DNA from: a virus
UHGV virus genome: UHGV-0124208
Length of the DNA: 33,408 nt
Direction: 5' to 3' (one strand)
Of this stretch, positions 9,585-18,949 are shown in pieces (position 1 is the first letter of the stretch; each line of letters starts with the position of its first letter). A program made the translations under genes and the position numbers. The notes beneath the pieces are model-generated. The model worked only from the letters and a program-made list of their open reading frames with translations. It was not told the DNA's origin and searched no databases.

Positions 9585-11044
9585 GCACAAAATTTTATAC
9601 CCTGCTGACGGATATTGGCGCGGCGAAACTTGCCAGCGCCGCCGCGATCGGTGTGCCGCTAAAAATTACCCATATGGCGGTGGGCGATGGCGGCGGAGTA
9701 TTGCCAACGCCGGACGCAAAGCAGACGGCACTGGTAAATGAGAAACGCCGGGCTGCGCTGAATATGCTTTATATCGACCCGCAGAATAGCAGCCAGATTA
9801 TTGCTGAACAGGTGATCCCTGAAAACGAGGGCGGTTGGTGGATACGTGAAGTGGGCCTGTTTGATGAGTCAGGGGCATTGATTGCCGTGGGGAACTGCCC
9901 GGAAAGCTATAAACCGCAACTGGCTGAAGGCAGCGGGCGTACCCAGACCGTGCGCATGGTGCTGATTACCAGCAGTACGGACAATATCACACTGAAAATT
10001 GACCCTGCCGTAGTGCTGGCAACCCGCAAGTATGTGGATGATAAGGTACTGGAGCTGAAGGTGTACGCGGATGATCAGATGGCAAAACATCTTGCCGCAC
10101 CGGACCCGCATTCACAGTATGCGCCAAAAGACAGCCCGACGTTTACCGGAACCCCCAAAGCGCCAACGCCAGCGGCGGGGAATAATACTACGCAGCTTGC
10201 GACCACCGCGTTTGTTCAGGCGGCACTGACGACCCTGATTAATGGTGCGCCAGCCACGCTGGACACGCTGAAAGAAATTGCCGCAGCCATTAACAATGAC
10301 CCGAAATTCAGTACCACCATTAACAATGCGCTGGCACTGAAAGCGCCGCTGTCGAGTCCGGCACTCACCGGAACGCCAACCGCACCTACTGCGGCACAGT
10401 CGGTCAACAATACACAGATTGCCACCACGGCATTTGTGAAATCGGCGATTGCGGCAATGGTGGGTTCTGCACCTGCGGCACTGGATACACTGAACGAACT
10501 GGCGGCGGCGCTGGGGAATGACCCGAACTTTGCCACGACAATGCTTAATGCACTGGCAGGTAAACAACCGCTGGACAATACGCTGACTAATTTGAGTGGA
10601 AAGGATGTAGCTGGTCTTCTCACATACCTTGGTTTAGGAGAAGGCTCTGCATTACCCGTAGGTGTGCCTGTTCCGTGGCCTTCAGTCACACCGCCAACAG
10701 GCTGGCTGAAATGCAACGGTGCAGCTTTTTCTGCCGAAGAGTATCCGGAACTGGCAAAAGTTTATCCGACAAATAAATTGCCAGATTTACGCGGCGAATT
10801 CATTCGTGGGTGGGATGATGGAAGAGGAATTGATTCAGGACGGACTCTCCTGTCTGCTCAGGACGGGAGCATTGAGGCACACGGCCATGATTACAATGGG
10901 GTCATCTATACTTCTAGCGGTCCTTCCTGGGCTAATACGACGGATGCGGGACACCGGGCATATTCGGGATTTACATCATCATATGGCGGAAGCGAAACCC
11001 GTCCACGAAATATTGCATTTAACTATATCGTAAGGGCTGCATAA
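9581..11044 (+). CDS. H: Tail fibre protein gpH; the C-terminal receptor-binding tip (from about residue 351) lies inside an invertible segment
   Basis: 487-aa ORF; N-terminus MSTKFYTLLTDIGAAKLA... is P2 H-like; internal about 73-aa tandem repeat; crossover site at 10617-10642 within the coding sequence. Confidence 0.85.
   Translation: MSTKFYTLLTDIGAAKLASAAAIGVPLKITHMAVGDGGGVLPTPDAKQTALVNEKRRAALNMLYIDPQNSSQIIAEQVIPENEGGWWIREVGLFDESGALIAVGNCPESYKPQLAEGSGRTQTVRMVLITSSTDNITLKIDPAVVLATRKYVDDKVLELKVYADDQMAKHLAAPDPHSQYAPKDSPTFTGTPKAPTPAAGNNTTQLATTAFVQAALTTLINGAPATLDTLKEIAAAINNDPKFSTTINNALALKAPLSSPALTGTPTAPTAAQSVNNTQIATTAFVKSAIAAMVGSAPAALDTLNELAAALGNDPNFATTMLNALAGKQPLDNTLTNLSGKDVAGLLTYLGLGEGSALPVGVPVPWPSVTPPTGWLKCNGAAFSAEEYPELAKVYPTNKLPDLRGEFIRGWDDGRGIDSGRTLLSAQDGSIEAHGHDYNGVIYTSSGPSWANTTDAGHRAYSGFTSSYGGSETRPRNIAFNYIVRAA
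10133..10573 (+). repeat. Tandem duplication (2 x about 73 codons) inside tail fibre H
   Basis: Protein residues 185-257 (SPTFTGTPKAPTPAAGNNTTQLATTAFVQAALTTLINGAPATLDTLKEIAAAINNDPKFSTTINNALALKAPL) and 258-331 (SSPALTGTPTAPTAAQSVNNTQIATTAFVKSAIAAMVGSAPAALDTLNELAAALGNDPNFATTMLNALAGKQPL) are clearly homologous. Confidence 0.85.
10617..10642. promoter_or_regulatory. Hin/Gin-type 26-bp inversion crossover site inside H (left boundary of invertible segment)
   Basis: TTCTCACATACC-TT-GGTTTAGGAGAA: imperfect dyad with a 2-bp core, same layout as hix/gix/cix sites; the right half encodes G-L-G-E in the H frame. Confidence 0.7.
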
Positions 11045-11646
11045 TGGATAACGCCGTATTAAATAGCGAGATTATTGCCACGAAGGCGGGGAATATTACC
11101 GTCTATAACTATGATGGTAAAACTCGGGAATATATTTCTACTTCAAATGAATATCTTGCCATTGGTGTCGGTATCCCTGCATATTCCTGTTTAGATTCAC
11201 CAGTTACACGTAAAGCTGGTTATGCAATCTGCCGTTCTGCAGATTTTAACTCATGGGAATATGTGCCAGATCATCGCGGTGAAATCGTTTTTAGCACCGA
11301 AACAGGAGAATCAAAAGAAATCACAGCACCAGGTGATTACCCTGAAAATACAACCACTATCGCCCCGTTAACGCCATACGATGAATGGGATGGTGAGAAA
11401 TGGGTGACGGATACCGAGGCACAGCATAGCGCCGCAGTAGACGCGGCAGAAGCACAGCGCCAGTCGCTGATTGATGCTGCAATGGCTTCCATTAGTCTGA
11501 TTCAGCTGAAATTACAGGCCGGGCGGAAGCTGACGCAGGCAGAAACCACCCGGCTTAACGCCGTGCTTGATTACATTGACGCGGTGACGGCAACAGATAC
11601 GAGCACCGCGCCGGATGTCATCTGGCCTGAACTGCCGGAGGCGTAG
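11044..11646 (+). CDS. G: Tail fibre assembly chaperone gpG (paired with the currently expressed H tip)
   Basis: 200-aa ORF overlapping the H stop (TAATGG); ends ...DVIWPELPEA, the typical Tfa C-terminus. Confidence 0.8.
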   Translation: MDNAVLNSEIIATKAGNITVYNYDGKTREYISTSNEYLAIGVGIPAYSCLDSPVTRKAGYAICRSADFNSWEYVPDHRGEIVFSTETGESKEITAPGDYPENTTTIAPLTPYDEWDGEKWVTDTEAQHSAAVDAAEAQRQSLIDAAMASISLIQLKLQAGRKLTQAETTRLNAVLDYIDAVTATDTSTAPDVIWPELPEA

Positions 11647-12058
11647 GCCATTCAATATCTGGCGCACCGGAAGTATCGACCAGTTCCAGTGCGTCCAGAT
11701 AATCCAGCCACAAATTATATTGCGCCAGTTCGTCACCTTTCAGACGACCAATAGCCGCTTTACCAGGCCATTGTTTACTGTTCATATAATCGTTGGCCTG
11801 ATTAATCAATTGCTGCTTTTCCAGTTCGGCTGCAGCAATCTGTTCCTCATGTGTTGGTGGTGGAATTTCAGACCATGCAGGAAAACCATTTTCTCCAGCG
11901 ATACGGATTTTTCCTTTCGGCGGTAATCCGGAAAACTCAATATACACCTGCTCATCAACTTCAACAGCATCATCTGGCCATGAGTCAGCTTGAGTGTAAT
12001 CCTCTTTCATCTCCAGCGGATAGAAAGAGTTTGTAGTCGCGGAATATATATAATTCAT
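11618..12058 (-). CDS. Alternative tail fibre assembly chaperone (G'), paired with the silent alternative H tip
   Basis: 146-aa minus-strand ORF convergent with, and overlapping, G; ends ...APDIEWPTPPAVQAR, the same Tfa C-terminal signature. Confidence 0.75.
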   Translation of the reverse strand: MNYIYSATTNSFYPLEMKEDYTQADSWPDDAVEVDEQVYIEFSGLPPKGKIRIAGENGFPAWSEIPPPTHEEQIAAAELEKQQLINQANDYMNSKQWPGKAAIGRLKGDELAQYNLWLDYLDALELVDTSGAPDIEWPTPPAVQAR

Positions 12059-12079
12059 TTCTCATTCCATATAGCTAAA

Positions 12080-12472
12080 TTAACAGCCTAACGCTAAAAA
12101 TGAAGCGCCGAGACCTGGAGTACCGGCTCTGGATATAAATTTAACCGGGTCGGAACTAAAACCTGCACAGGCAATATAACCAACAGCCCCGCTATCTGGT
12201 GTGTAGTCTTGTGAGACCAAAACACGCAGACATCTGTTCGGAAATGCAATCGGGAAATGGGTTACCACATCCTGTGCAATGCCTGGAGTGCTGATTGAGC
12301 CCCACTGAAGAATCAAACCAGATGGTAATTTTTGATATCCAGTACCTGAAACAGAAAGCGTGAAGCTACCCATATCAGGTATCTGATTCGCCCCTGTCCC
12401 CACATTCCTTTTTGCCGCTTCTCCCAAACCAACGTTTATGAAAATGCAGAGATAACGGCTAACTGGCATCAT
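12080..12472 (-). CDS. Alternative tail-fibre C-terminal tip segment (Hv'), promoterless; would fuse in frame to the H constant part after inversion
   Basis: Minus-strand ORF whose N-terminal region spans the 12419-12444 crossover site and encodes the same G-L-G-E junction as H; no independent start is expected (the ATG at 12472 is probably fortuitous). Confidence 0.65.
   Translation of the reverse strand: MMPVSRYLCIFINVGLGEAAKRNVGTGANQIPDMGSFTLSVSGTGYQKLPSGLILQWGSISTPGIAQDVVTHFPIAFPNRCLRVLVSQDYTPDSGAVGYIACAGFSSDPVKFISRAGTPGLGASFLALGC
12419..12444. promoter_or_regulatory. Hin/Gin-type 26-bp inversion crossover site (right boundary of invertible segment)
   Basis: TTCTCCCAAACC-AA-CGTTTATGAAAA; its reverse complement aligns with the 10617 site (core TT, flanking half GGTTTGGGAGAA vs GGTTTAGGAGAA). 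Confidence 0.7.
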
Positions 12473-12499
12473 CTCCGGTTTTTATTCAGGGGGATGATC

Positions 12500-13066
12500 A
12501 TGCTTATTGGCTATGTACGCGTGTCAACAAATGACCAGAACACCGATTTGCAACGCAATGCACTGAACTGTGCGGGATGTGAGCGGATTTTTGAGGATAA
12601 AATCAGTGGCACCAAGTCCGACAGACCGGGGCTGAAAAAGCTGCTCAGGACACTATCGGCAGGAGACACGCTGGTTGTCTGGAAGCTGGACAGACTGGGG
12701 CGCAGTATGCGGCATCTTGTTACGCTGATAGAAGAGCTGCGCCAGCGTGGCGTGAATTTCCGAAGCCTGACTGACAGTATTGATACCAGCACCCCAATGG
12801 GCCGTTTCTTTTTTCATGTCATGGGTGCCCTGGCTGAAATGGAACGCGAACTGATAGTTGAACGTACCAGGGCGGGGCTGGCTGCAGCTCGTGCTAAAGG
12901 CAGAGTAGGTGGACGCCGTCCTAAGTTGACCAGCGAACAGTGGGCACAGATTGGGCGTTTACTCGAGGCCGGAGAATCAAGACAGCGTATTGCACTGATT
13001 TTTGATGTAGGCGTTTCTACCATTTATCGAAAATTTCCGGCAAATAAGAACAATAAATCTCCCTGA
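12500..13066 (+). CDS. Site-specific DNA invertase, serine recombinase of the Gin/Hin/Pin/Cin family
   Basis: MLIGYVRVSTNDQNTDLQRNAL...GDTLVVWKLDRLGRS...MGRFFFHVMGALAEMERELIVERT... is near-identical in motif content to Gin/Hin as I recall them (catalytic Ser in YVRVS). ATG 12500 chosen over 12494 for spacing to the GGGGG RBS. Confidence 0.9.
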   Translation: MLIGYVRVSTNDQNTDLQRNALNCAGCERIFEDKISGTKSDRPGLKKLLRTLSAGDTLVVWKLDRLGRSMRHLVTLIEELRQRGVNFRSLTDSIDTSTPMGRFFFHVMGALAEMERELIVERTRAGLAAARAKGRVGGRRPKLTSEQWAQIGRLLEAGESRQRIALIFDVGVSTIYRKFPANKNNKSP

Positions 13067-13114
13067 ATCAGCTTTATTTTGATTATCCCTGAAAGCAGAC
13101 AAATACCGTCATTT

Positions 13115-13132
13115 TGTGTGAATAACGGTACA
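13115..13132. promoter_or_regulatory. TGT-N12-ACA dyad, candidate Ogr-dependent late promoter element for the FI operon
   Basis: TGTGTGAATAACGGTACA read directly; closely resembles the dyad at 1185-1202; upstream of FI (ATG 13209). Confidence 0.5.
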
Positions 13133-13208
13133 ACTGCGCTTAGCTGTTTGTCAGGCACAATCACTTCAACATAGGGCGAAGCCTAATCCAATCAGGAGGT
13201 TCGCCACT

Positions 13209-14381
13209 ATGGCTCAGGATTACCACCACGGGGTGCGCGTTGTTGAAGTCAACGAAGGCACCCGATCCATTACCACGGTGAGCACCGCCATCGTGGGTAT
13301 GGTCTGCACGGGCGATGATGCCGATGCAAAAATGTTTCCTCTTAATAAACCCGTGCTGATCACTGATGTGCTGACTGCCAGCGGTAAAGCGGGTGAGTCA
13401 GGCACGCTGGCTCGTTCGCTGGATGCCATCGCTGACCAGGCAAAACCCGTGACCGTTGTTGTGCGTGTGCCGCAGGGTGAAACGGAAGAAGAAACCACGA
13501 CCAATATCATCGGAGCAGTGACCGCTGAAGGTAAAAAAACAGGCATGAAAGCCCTGTTATCTGCCCAGTCACAGCTCGGCGTTAAACCGCGCATTCTCGG
13601 CGTGCCAGGTCACGACACGAAGGCGGTAGCTACTGAGTTGCTGAGCGTGGCGCAAAGCCTGCGTGGATTTGCTTACCTGTCAGCGTATGGTTGCAAGACA
13701 GTGCAGGAAGCAATCACTTACCGTGAAAACTTCAGTCAGCGTGAAGGAATGCTGATCTGGCCCGACTTTACTGGCTGGGACACGGTGCTGAATGCCGAAG
13801 CAACGGCTTATGCCACCGCCCGTGCGCTTGGTCTGCGCGCCAAAATTGACGAGCAGACCGGATGGCACAAAAGCCTGTCCAACGTGGGCGTTAACGGTGT
13901 CACCGGAATTTCTGCTGATGTGTTCTGGGATCTGCAGGACCCGGCAACCGATGCGGGACTGCTGAACCAGAACGACGTCACCACCCTTATCCGCAAAGAC
14001 GGTTTTCGCTTCTGGGGTTCCCGCTGCCTGAGTGATGACCCGCTCTTTGCCTTCGAAAACTACACCCGCACGGCGCAGGTGCTGACGGACACGATGGCAG
14101 AAGCGCACATGTGGGCGGTGGATAAACCGCTGAATCCGTCGCTGGCCCGCGACATTATCGAGGGTATCCGCGCCAAAATGCGCAGCCTGGTCAGTCAGGG
14201 CTATCTCATTGGTGGTGATTGCTGGCTGGATGAGTCGGTGAACGACAAAGACACGCTGAAAGCCGGAAAACTCACCATCGACTACGACTACACGCCAGTG
14301 CCGCCACTTGAAAACCTGATGCTGCGTCAGCGCATCACCGATCAGTACCTGGTGAATTTCTCCAGCCAGGTCAGCGCGTAA
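13209..14381 (+). CDS. FI: Tail sheath protein gpFI
   Basis: 390-aa ORF with a good RBS (AGGAGG); size and position as P2 FI. Confidence 0.9.
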   Translation: MAQDYHHGVRVVEVNEGTRSITTVSTAIVGMVCTGDDADAKMFPLNKPVLITDVLTASGKAGESGTLARSLDAIADQAKPVTVVVRVPQGETEEETTTNIIGAVTAEGKKTGMKALLSAQSQLGVKPRILGVPGHDTKAVATELLSVAQSLRGFAYLSAYGCKTVQEAITYRENFSQREGMLIWPDFTGWDTVLNAEATAYATARALGLRAKIDEQTGWHKSLSNVGVNGVTGISADVFWDLQDPATDAGLLNQNDVTTLIRKDGFRFWGSRCLSDDPLFAFENYTRTAQVLTDTMAEAHMWAVDKPLNPSLARDIIEGIRAKMRSLVSQGYLIGGDCWLDESVNDKDTLKAGKLTIDYDYTPVPPLENLMLRQRITDQYLVNFSSQVSA

Positions 14382-14390
14382 GGGGACAAC

Positions 14391-14906
14391 ATGGCTTTAC
14401 CACGCAAATTAAAACACCTGAACCTGTTTAATGACGGGAACAACTGGCAGGGGATCGTTGAGTCGCTGACGCTGCCGAAATTTACCCGCAAATATGAGAA
14501 GTATCGCGGCGGCGGAATGCCGGGTGCAGTGGATGTGGATCTGGGGCTGGATGACGGCGCACTGGATACGGAATTTTCCATTGGTGGTACTGAACTGCTG
14601 CTGTTTAAGCAGATGGGCAAAGCCACGGTGGATGGTATCCAGTTGCGCTTTACCGGCTCTATCCAGCGTGACGATACCGGGGAAGTGCAGGCCGTGGAGC
14701 TTGTGGTGCGTGGACGTCACAAAGAAGTGGATTCCGGCGAGTGGAAGACGGGCGAAAGCAACACCACCAAAGTGACCAGTACCAACAGCTACGCGAAGCT
14801 GACTATAAATGGTGAGGTGCTCTATGAAGTGGACCTTATCAACATGGTGGAAATTGTGGACGGTGTGGACCTGATGGAAGCGCACCGCAACGCCCTCGGC
14901 CTCTGA
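14391..14906 (+). CDS. FII: Tail tube protein gpFII
   Basis: 171-aa ORF immediately after the sheath gene; begins MALPRKLKHLNLFNDGNNWQG, P2 FII-like. Confidence 0.9.
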   Translation: MALPRKLKHLNLFNDGNNWQGIVESLTLPKFTRKYEKYRGGGMPGAVDVDLGLDDGALDTEFSIGGTELLLFKQMGKATVDGIQLRFTGSIQRDDTGEVQAVELVVRGRHKEVDSGEWKTGESNTTKVTSTNSYAKLTINGEVLYEVDLINMVEIVDGVDLMEAHRNALGL

Positions 14907-14960
14907 TGTATCTGAACGGCGCGGGATACCGCGCCAGAACCCAATTTACAGGACAGCAAA

Positions 14961-15263
14961 ATGAGCGATAAGCAGACTGAAAAGACTATTCAACTGGATA
15001 CCCCCATCAAGCGCGGTAAAACAGAAATCACCGAAATTGTGCTGCGTAAACCGCAGTCCGGTGCGCTGCGCGGTACACGCCTGCAGGCCATTATGGATAT
15101 GGATGTGAACGCGATGATGACCGTGATCCCCCGCATCTCCAGTCCGGCACTGACTGCACAGGAAATTGCAGAGATGGACCCGGCAGATCTCACTGCCATG
15201 TCGGTTGAGGTTGTCACTTTTTTGTTGAAGAAGTCGGTGCTTGCCGGTTTACCGACAGCCTAA
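14961..15263 (+). CDS. E: Tail assembly chaperone gpE (zero-frame product)
   Basis: 100-aa ORF preceding the tape-measure gene; contains the slippery heptamer near its 3' end. Confidence 0.8.
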   Translation: MSDKQTEKTIQLDTPIKRGKTEITEIVLRKPQSGALRGTRLQAIMDMDVNAMMTVIPRISSPALTAQEIAEMDPADLTAMSVEVVTFLLKKSVLAGLPTA

Positions 15264-15397
15264 CGGTTGACGATCTGGTGGCAGATATCGCCACCATTTT
15301 TCACTGGCCGCCATCCGTTACTGACGTTATGCCGCTGACCGAAGTGCTGGAATGGCGGTATAAAGCGATTCAGAGAAGCGGGGCCAACGATGAGTGA
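15218..15397 (+). CDS. E' extension reached by a programmed -1 frameshift at T_TTT_TTG (15218-15224), giving an E+E' fusion that ends inside the start of T
   Basis: Slippery heptamer read directly in the E zero frame (ACT TTT TTG). The -1 frame from 15224 is open for 57 codons (VEEVGACRFTD...RSGANDE) to TGA at 15395-15397. This has no ATG, so it is absent from the ORF track. The E/E' frameshift is established for P2. Confidence 0.7.
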   Translation, partial: FFVEEVGACRFTDSLTVDDLVADIATIFHWPPSVTDVMPLTEVLEWRYKAIQRSGANDE

Positions 15398-18300
15398 TAA
15401 CAACCTGCGGCTGCAGGTCATTCTTAATGCGGTTGACAAACTCACCCGCCCATTCCGTGTTGCACAGGCCAGTTCGAAAGAGCTGGCTGGCGCAATCAGA
15501 AACTCCCGTGACGCATTAAAGCAACTCAATCAGGCGGGTAATAGCCTGGAAAAATTTCGCAAGCTGCAGGCTGATAACAAGAAGTTAGGCGACAGGCTGA
15601 ACTATGCCAGACAGAAGGCTAATTTGCTTAGCTCTGAGCTGGAGGCGATGGAACAACCATCACAACGGCACCTTGTGGCTTTAGGTCGGCAAACGCTGGC
15701 AGTCCAACGCCTGGAAGAACAGCAAAAATATTTGCAGAAGCAAACGGCGCTTGTGCGTGCAGAACTGTACCGGGCGGGAATTTCTGCGAAAGATGATGCG
15801 GGAGCAACTGCCCGTTTAGCCCGTGAAACATCACGTTATAACCAGGAATTGTCGAAACAGGAGGCGCGGCTGAAGCGACTGGGTGAAGCTCAGCGCAGGA
15901 TGAATGCGGCGCGTGCCAGTTATGCCCGTTCGCTGGAGGTGCGCGATCGTATTGCAGGAGCCGGAGCCACTACCACGGCTGCAGGGCTGGCAATGGGGAC
16001 GCCAGTGATGGCGGCAGTAAAAAGCTATACCAGCATGGAAGATGCCATGAAAGGTGTGGCAAAGCAGGTCAATGGTCTGCGTGACGATAATGGAAACCGT
16101 ACTGCACGTTTTTATGAAATGCAGGATGCCATCAAGGCTGCCAGCGAACAGTTGCCGATGGAAAACGGTGCGGTGGACTTCGCTGCACTGGTTGAAGGTG
16201 GTGCGCGCATGAACGTCGCAAACCCTGACGACAGCTGGGAAGACCAGAAACGTGACCTGCTGGCCTTCGCCAGTACGGCAGCAAAGGCGGCAACAGCCTT
16301 TGAGCTGCCAGCGGATGAACTGTCAGAAAGTCTGGGGAAAATCGCCCAGCTCTACAAAATCCCTACCCGCAATATTGAACAGCTCGGTGATGCGCTGAAT
16401 TATCTGGATGATAACGCCATGTCGAAAGGTGCAGACATCATTGATGTCATGCAACGCCTGGGCGGTGTGGCTGATCGTCTGGATTATCGTAAAGCGGCGG
16501 CGCTGGGTTCCACCTTCCTGACACTGGGCGCTGCGCCAGAGGTTGCAGCCAGTGCAGCAAACGCGATGGTGCGTGAATTGTCCATTGCCACCATGCAAAG
16601 CAAGAGTTTCTTTGAAGGGATGAATCTGCTGAAACTCAATCCTGAAGTGATTGAAAAGCAGATGACGAAGGATGCGATGGGAACCATCCAGCGCGTGCTG
16701 GAGAAGGTGAACGCACTGCCGCAGGACAAGCGTCTGTCTGCCATGACCATGTTGTTTGGTAAAGAGTTTGGTGATGACGCGGCGAAACTGGCAAACAACC
16801 TTCCGGAACTGCAGCGCCAGCTAAAACTGACAGCGGGCAATGATGCGCTCGGTTCCATGCAGAAAGAATCCGACATCAACAAAGACTCACTTTCTGCTCA
16901 GTGGTTGCTGGTCAAAACCGGAGCGCAGAACACCTTCAGCAGCCTGGGCGAAACGCTGCGCCAGCCGCTGATGGATATTCTGTACACGGTGAAAAGCATC
17001 ACGGGGGCGTTGCGCCGCTGGGTGGAAGCTAACCCGGAACTGACAGGCACACTGATGAAAGCAGCGGCTGTTGTGGCTGCGGTTACTGTCGGCCTCGGCA
17101 CCTTAGCGGTGGCGCTGGCTGCAGTGCTGGGGCCGCTGGCAGTGATCCGTCTGGGATTCTCTGTGCTGGGTATCAAAACGTTACCTTCCGTTACGGCAGC
17201 AGTAACTCGAACCAGCAGCGCGTTGTCCTGGTTAGCTGGCGCACCACTGATACTGCTGCGACGCGGACTTGCTTCATCGGGCAACGCTGCGGGTCTACTT
17301 ACTGCACCGTTGTCATCTTTGCGCCGCACGGCATCACTGACGGGAAATGTCATGAAAACTGTAGCAGGTGCGCCGGTTGCACTTTTGCGGTCTGGATTAT
17401 CCGGTTTACGTGCTGTTGCTGTGATGTTTATGAATCCTCTGGCGGTACTGCGCGGTGGACTGGTCGCCGCAGGCACGGTGCTGCGAGTACTGGTATCTGG
17501 TCCACTGGCGATGCTGCGCGTTGCCCTGTATGCCGTATCTGGTCTGTTAGGTGCTCTGCTCAGTCCGATAGGTCTTGTGGTTACTGCACTGGCGGGCGTG
17601 GCGCTGGTTGTCTGGAAATACTGGCAACCCATCACCGCATTTCTTGGTGGCGTGGTGGAAGGATTCAAAGCGGCGGCAGGTCCCGTCAGTGCAGCATTCG
17701 AACCACTTAAGCCTGTGTTTCAGTGGATTGGCGACAAAGTGCAGGCGCTCTGGGGCTGGTTTACTGATCTGCTGACGCCCGTTAAGTCGACCTCTGCCGA
17801 ACTGCAGAGTGCAGCGGCAATGGGGCGGCGATTCGGGGAGGCACTGGCGGAAGGGCTGAATATGGTCATGCATCCGCTGGACTCCCTGAAATCCGGCGTT
17901 TCCTGGTTGCTGGAGAAACTCGGCGTTGTCAGTAAAGAGGCCGCAAAGGCGAAACTACCGGAAAGTGTGACGCGTCAGCAACCTGCGACGGTGAATACAG
18001 ACGGTAAAGTGATGATGCCATCGGGTGGTTTTCCGTCATGGGGATATGGCTTTGCGGGGATGTATGACAGCGGCGGCTATATCCCGCGCGGGCAGTTTGG
18101 CATCGTCGGTGAAAACGGGCCGGAAATTGTTAACGGCCCGGCAAACGTGACCAGCCGGAGAAATACAGCTGCACTGGCTGCCGTTGTCGCCGGAATGATG
18201 GGTGTTGCTGCCGCGCCAGCAGAGCTTCCACCGTTACATCCTTTGGCACTTCCCGCGAAAGGTGGAGAAGCAATTGTGAGTCGCGCAGCCACTGTGCCGC

Positions 18301-18467
18301 TCGTTCAACGGATTGAGGCACCGACGCAGATCATCATTCAGACGCAGCCAGGACAAAGTGCGCAGGATATTGCGCGGGAGGTGGCACGCCAGCTTGATGA
18401 ACGTGAACGCAGGCTAAAGGCAAAAGCCAGGAGTAACTACAGCGATCAGGGGGGATACGACGCATGA
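15390..18467 (+). CDS. T: Tail tape-measure protein gpT
   Basis: 1025-aa ORF after E/E'; long coiled-coil N-terminal region and hydrophobic central segments typical of tape-measure proteins. Confidence 0.9.
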   Translation: MSDNNLRLQVILNAVDKLTRPFRVAQASSKELAGAIRNSRDALKQLNQAGNSLEKFRKLQADNKKLGDRLNYARQKANLLSSELEAMEQPSQRHLVALGRQTLAVQRLEEQQKYLQKQTALVRAELYRAGISAKDDAGATARLARETSRYNQELSKQEARLKRLGEAQRRMNAARASYARSLEVRDRIAGAGATTTAAGLAMGTPVMAAVKSYTSMEDAMKGVAKQVNGLRDDNGNRTARFYEMQDAIKAASEQLPMENGAVDFAALVEGGARMNVANPDDSWEDQKRDLLAFASTAAKAATAFELPADELSESLGKIAQLYKIPTRNIEQLGDALNYLDDNAMSKGADIIDVMQRLGGVADRLDYRKAAALGSTFLTLGAAPEVAASAANAMVRELSIATMQSKSFFEGMNLLKLNPEVIEKQMTKDAMGTIQRVLEKVNALPQDKRLSAMTMLFGKEFGDDAAKLANNLPELQRQLKLTAGNDALGSMQKESDINKDSLSAQWLLVKTGAQNTFSSLGETLRQPLMDILYTVKSITGALRRWVEANPELTGTLMKAAAVVAAVTVGLGTLAVALAAVLGPLAVIRLGFSVLGIKTLPSVTAAVTRTSSALSWLAGAPLILLRRGLASSGNAAGLLTAPLSSLRRTASLTGNVMKTVAGAPVALLRSGLSGLRAVAVMFMNPLAVLRGGLVAAGTVLRVLVSGPLAMLRVALYAVSGLLGALLSPIGLVVTALAGVALVVWKYWQPITAFLGGVVEGFKAAAGPVSAAFEPLKPVFQWIGDKVQALWGWFTDLLTPVKSTSAELQSAAAMGRRFGEALAEGLNMVMHPLDSLKSGVSWLLEKLGVVSKEAAKAKLPESVTRQQPATVNTDGKVMMPSGGFPSWGYGFAGMYDSGGYIPRGQFGIVGENGPEIVNGPANVTSRRNTAALAAVVAGMMGVAAAPAELPPLHPLALPAKGGEAIVSRAATVPLVQRIEAPTQIIIQTQPGQSAQDIAREVARQLDERERRLKAKARSNYSDQGGYDA

Positions 18468-18949
18468 TGATGGTGCTGGGATTGTACGTGTTTATGCTGC
18501 GCACCGTTCCGTATCAGGAACTGCAGTATCAACGCAGCTGGCGACATGCGGCAAACAGCCGGGTAAACCGTCGTCCGTCCACGCAGTTTCTGGGACCGGA
18601 AAACGACATGCTGACGCTTTCCGGTGTTCTTATGCCGGAGATAACAGGCGGCAGGCTGTCGTTGCTGGCACTGGAGCAGATGGCAGAACAGGGGAAAGCA
18701 TGGCCCCTGATTGAAGGCAGCGGCACGATTTACGGCATGTATGTGATTGAGGGACTGAATCAGACTAAAACGGAGTTTTTCCGCGACGGTATGCCGCGCA
18801 GGATTGAGTTCACCCTTTCGCTAAAACGGGTGGATGAATCCCTGTCCGATATGTTCGGTGATCTCAGTACTCAACTGAATAATCTGCAGGACACGGCAAC
18901 GTCTGCCTTAAGCGATATCAGTAAAACGGTGGGAGGGCTGCTGTCGTGA
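18464..18949 (+). CDS. U: Tail protein gpU
   Basis: 161-aa ORF overlapping the T stop; position as P2 U. Confidence 0.85.
   Translation: MMMVLGLYVFMLRTVPYQELQYQRSWRHAANSRVNRRPSTQFLGPENDMLTLSGVLMPEITGGRLSLLALEQMAEQGKAWPLIEGSGTIYGMYVIEGLNQTKTEFFRDGMPRRIEFTLSLKRVDESLSDMFGDLSTQLNNLQDTATSALSDISKTVGGLLS

Larger units (their letters stand above)
10630..12431. mobile_element. Invertible tail-fibre host-range segment (about 1.8 kb, Mu G-segment / P1 C-segment-like)
   Basis: Bounded by inverted 26-bp crossover sites at 10617-10642 and 12419-12444; contains Hv + G on the plus strand and Hv' + G' on the minus strand; serine invertase gene immediately adjacent at 12500. Confidence 0.75.

Noticed and set aside
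12080-12472. Hv' as an independent gene starting at the ATG at 12472
   Set aside because: The inversion crossover site lies inside this ORF near its 5' end and no RBS precedes the ATG; it is better explained as a promoterless alternative tip expressed only after inversion fuses it to H.
16898-17668. 256-aa minus-strand ORF inside the tape-measure gene (and similar antisense ORFs at 10216..10716, 3040..3522, 18918..19571, 8483..8869, 1047..1421)
   Set aside because: These lie entirely within well-supported sense-strand structural genes, lack RBSs, and have low-complexity Ala/Ser/Pro/Arg-rich translations typical of shadow frames in GC-rich coding DNA.
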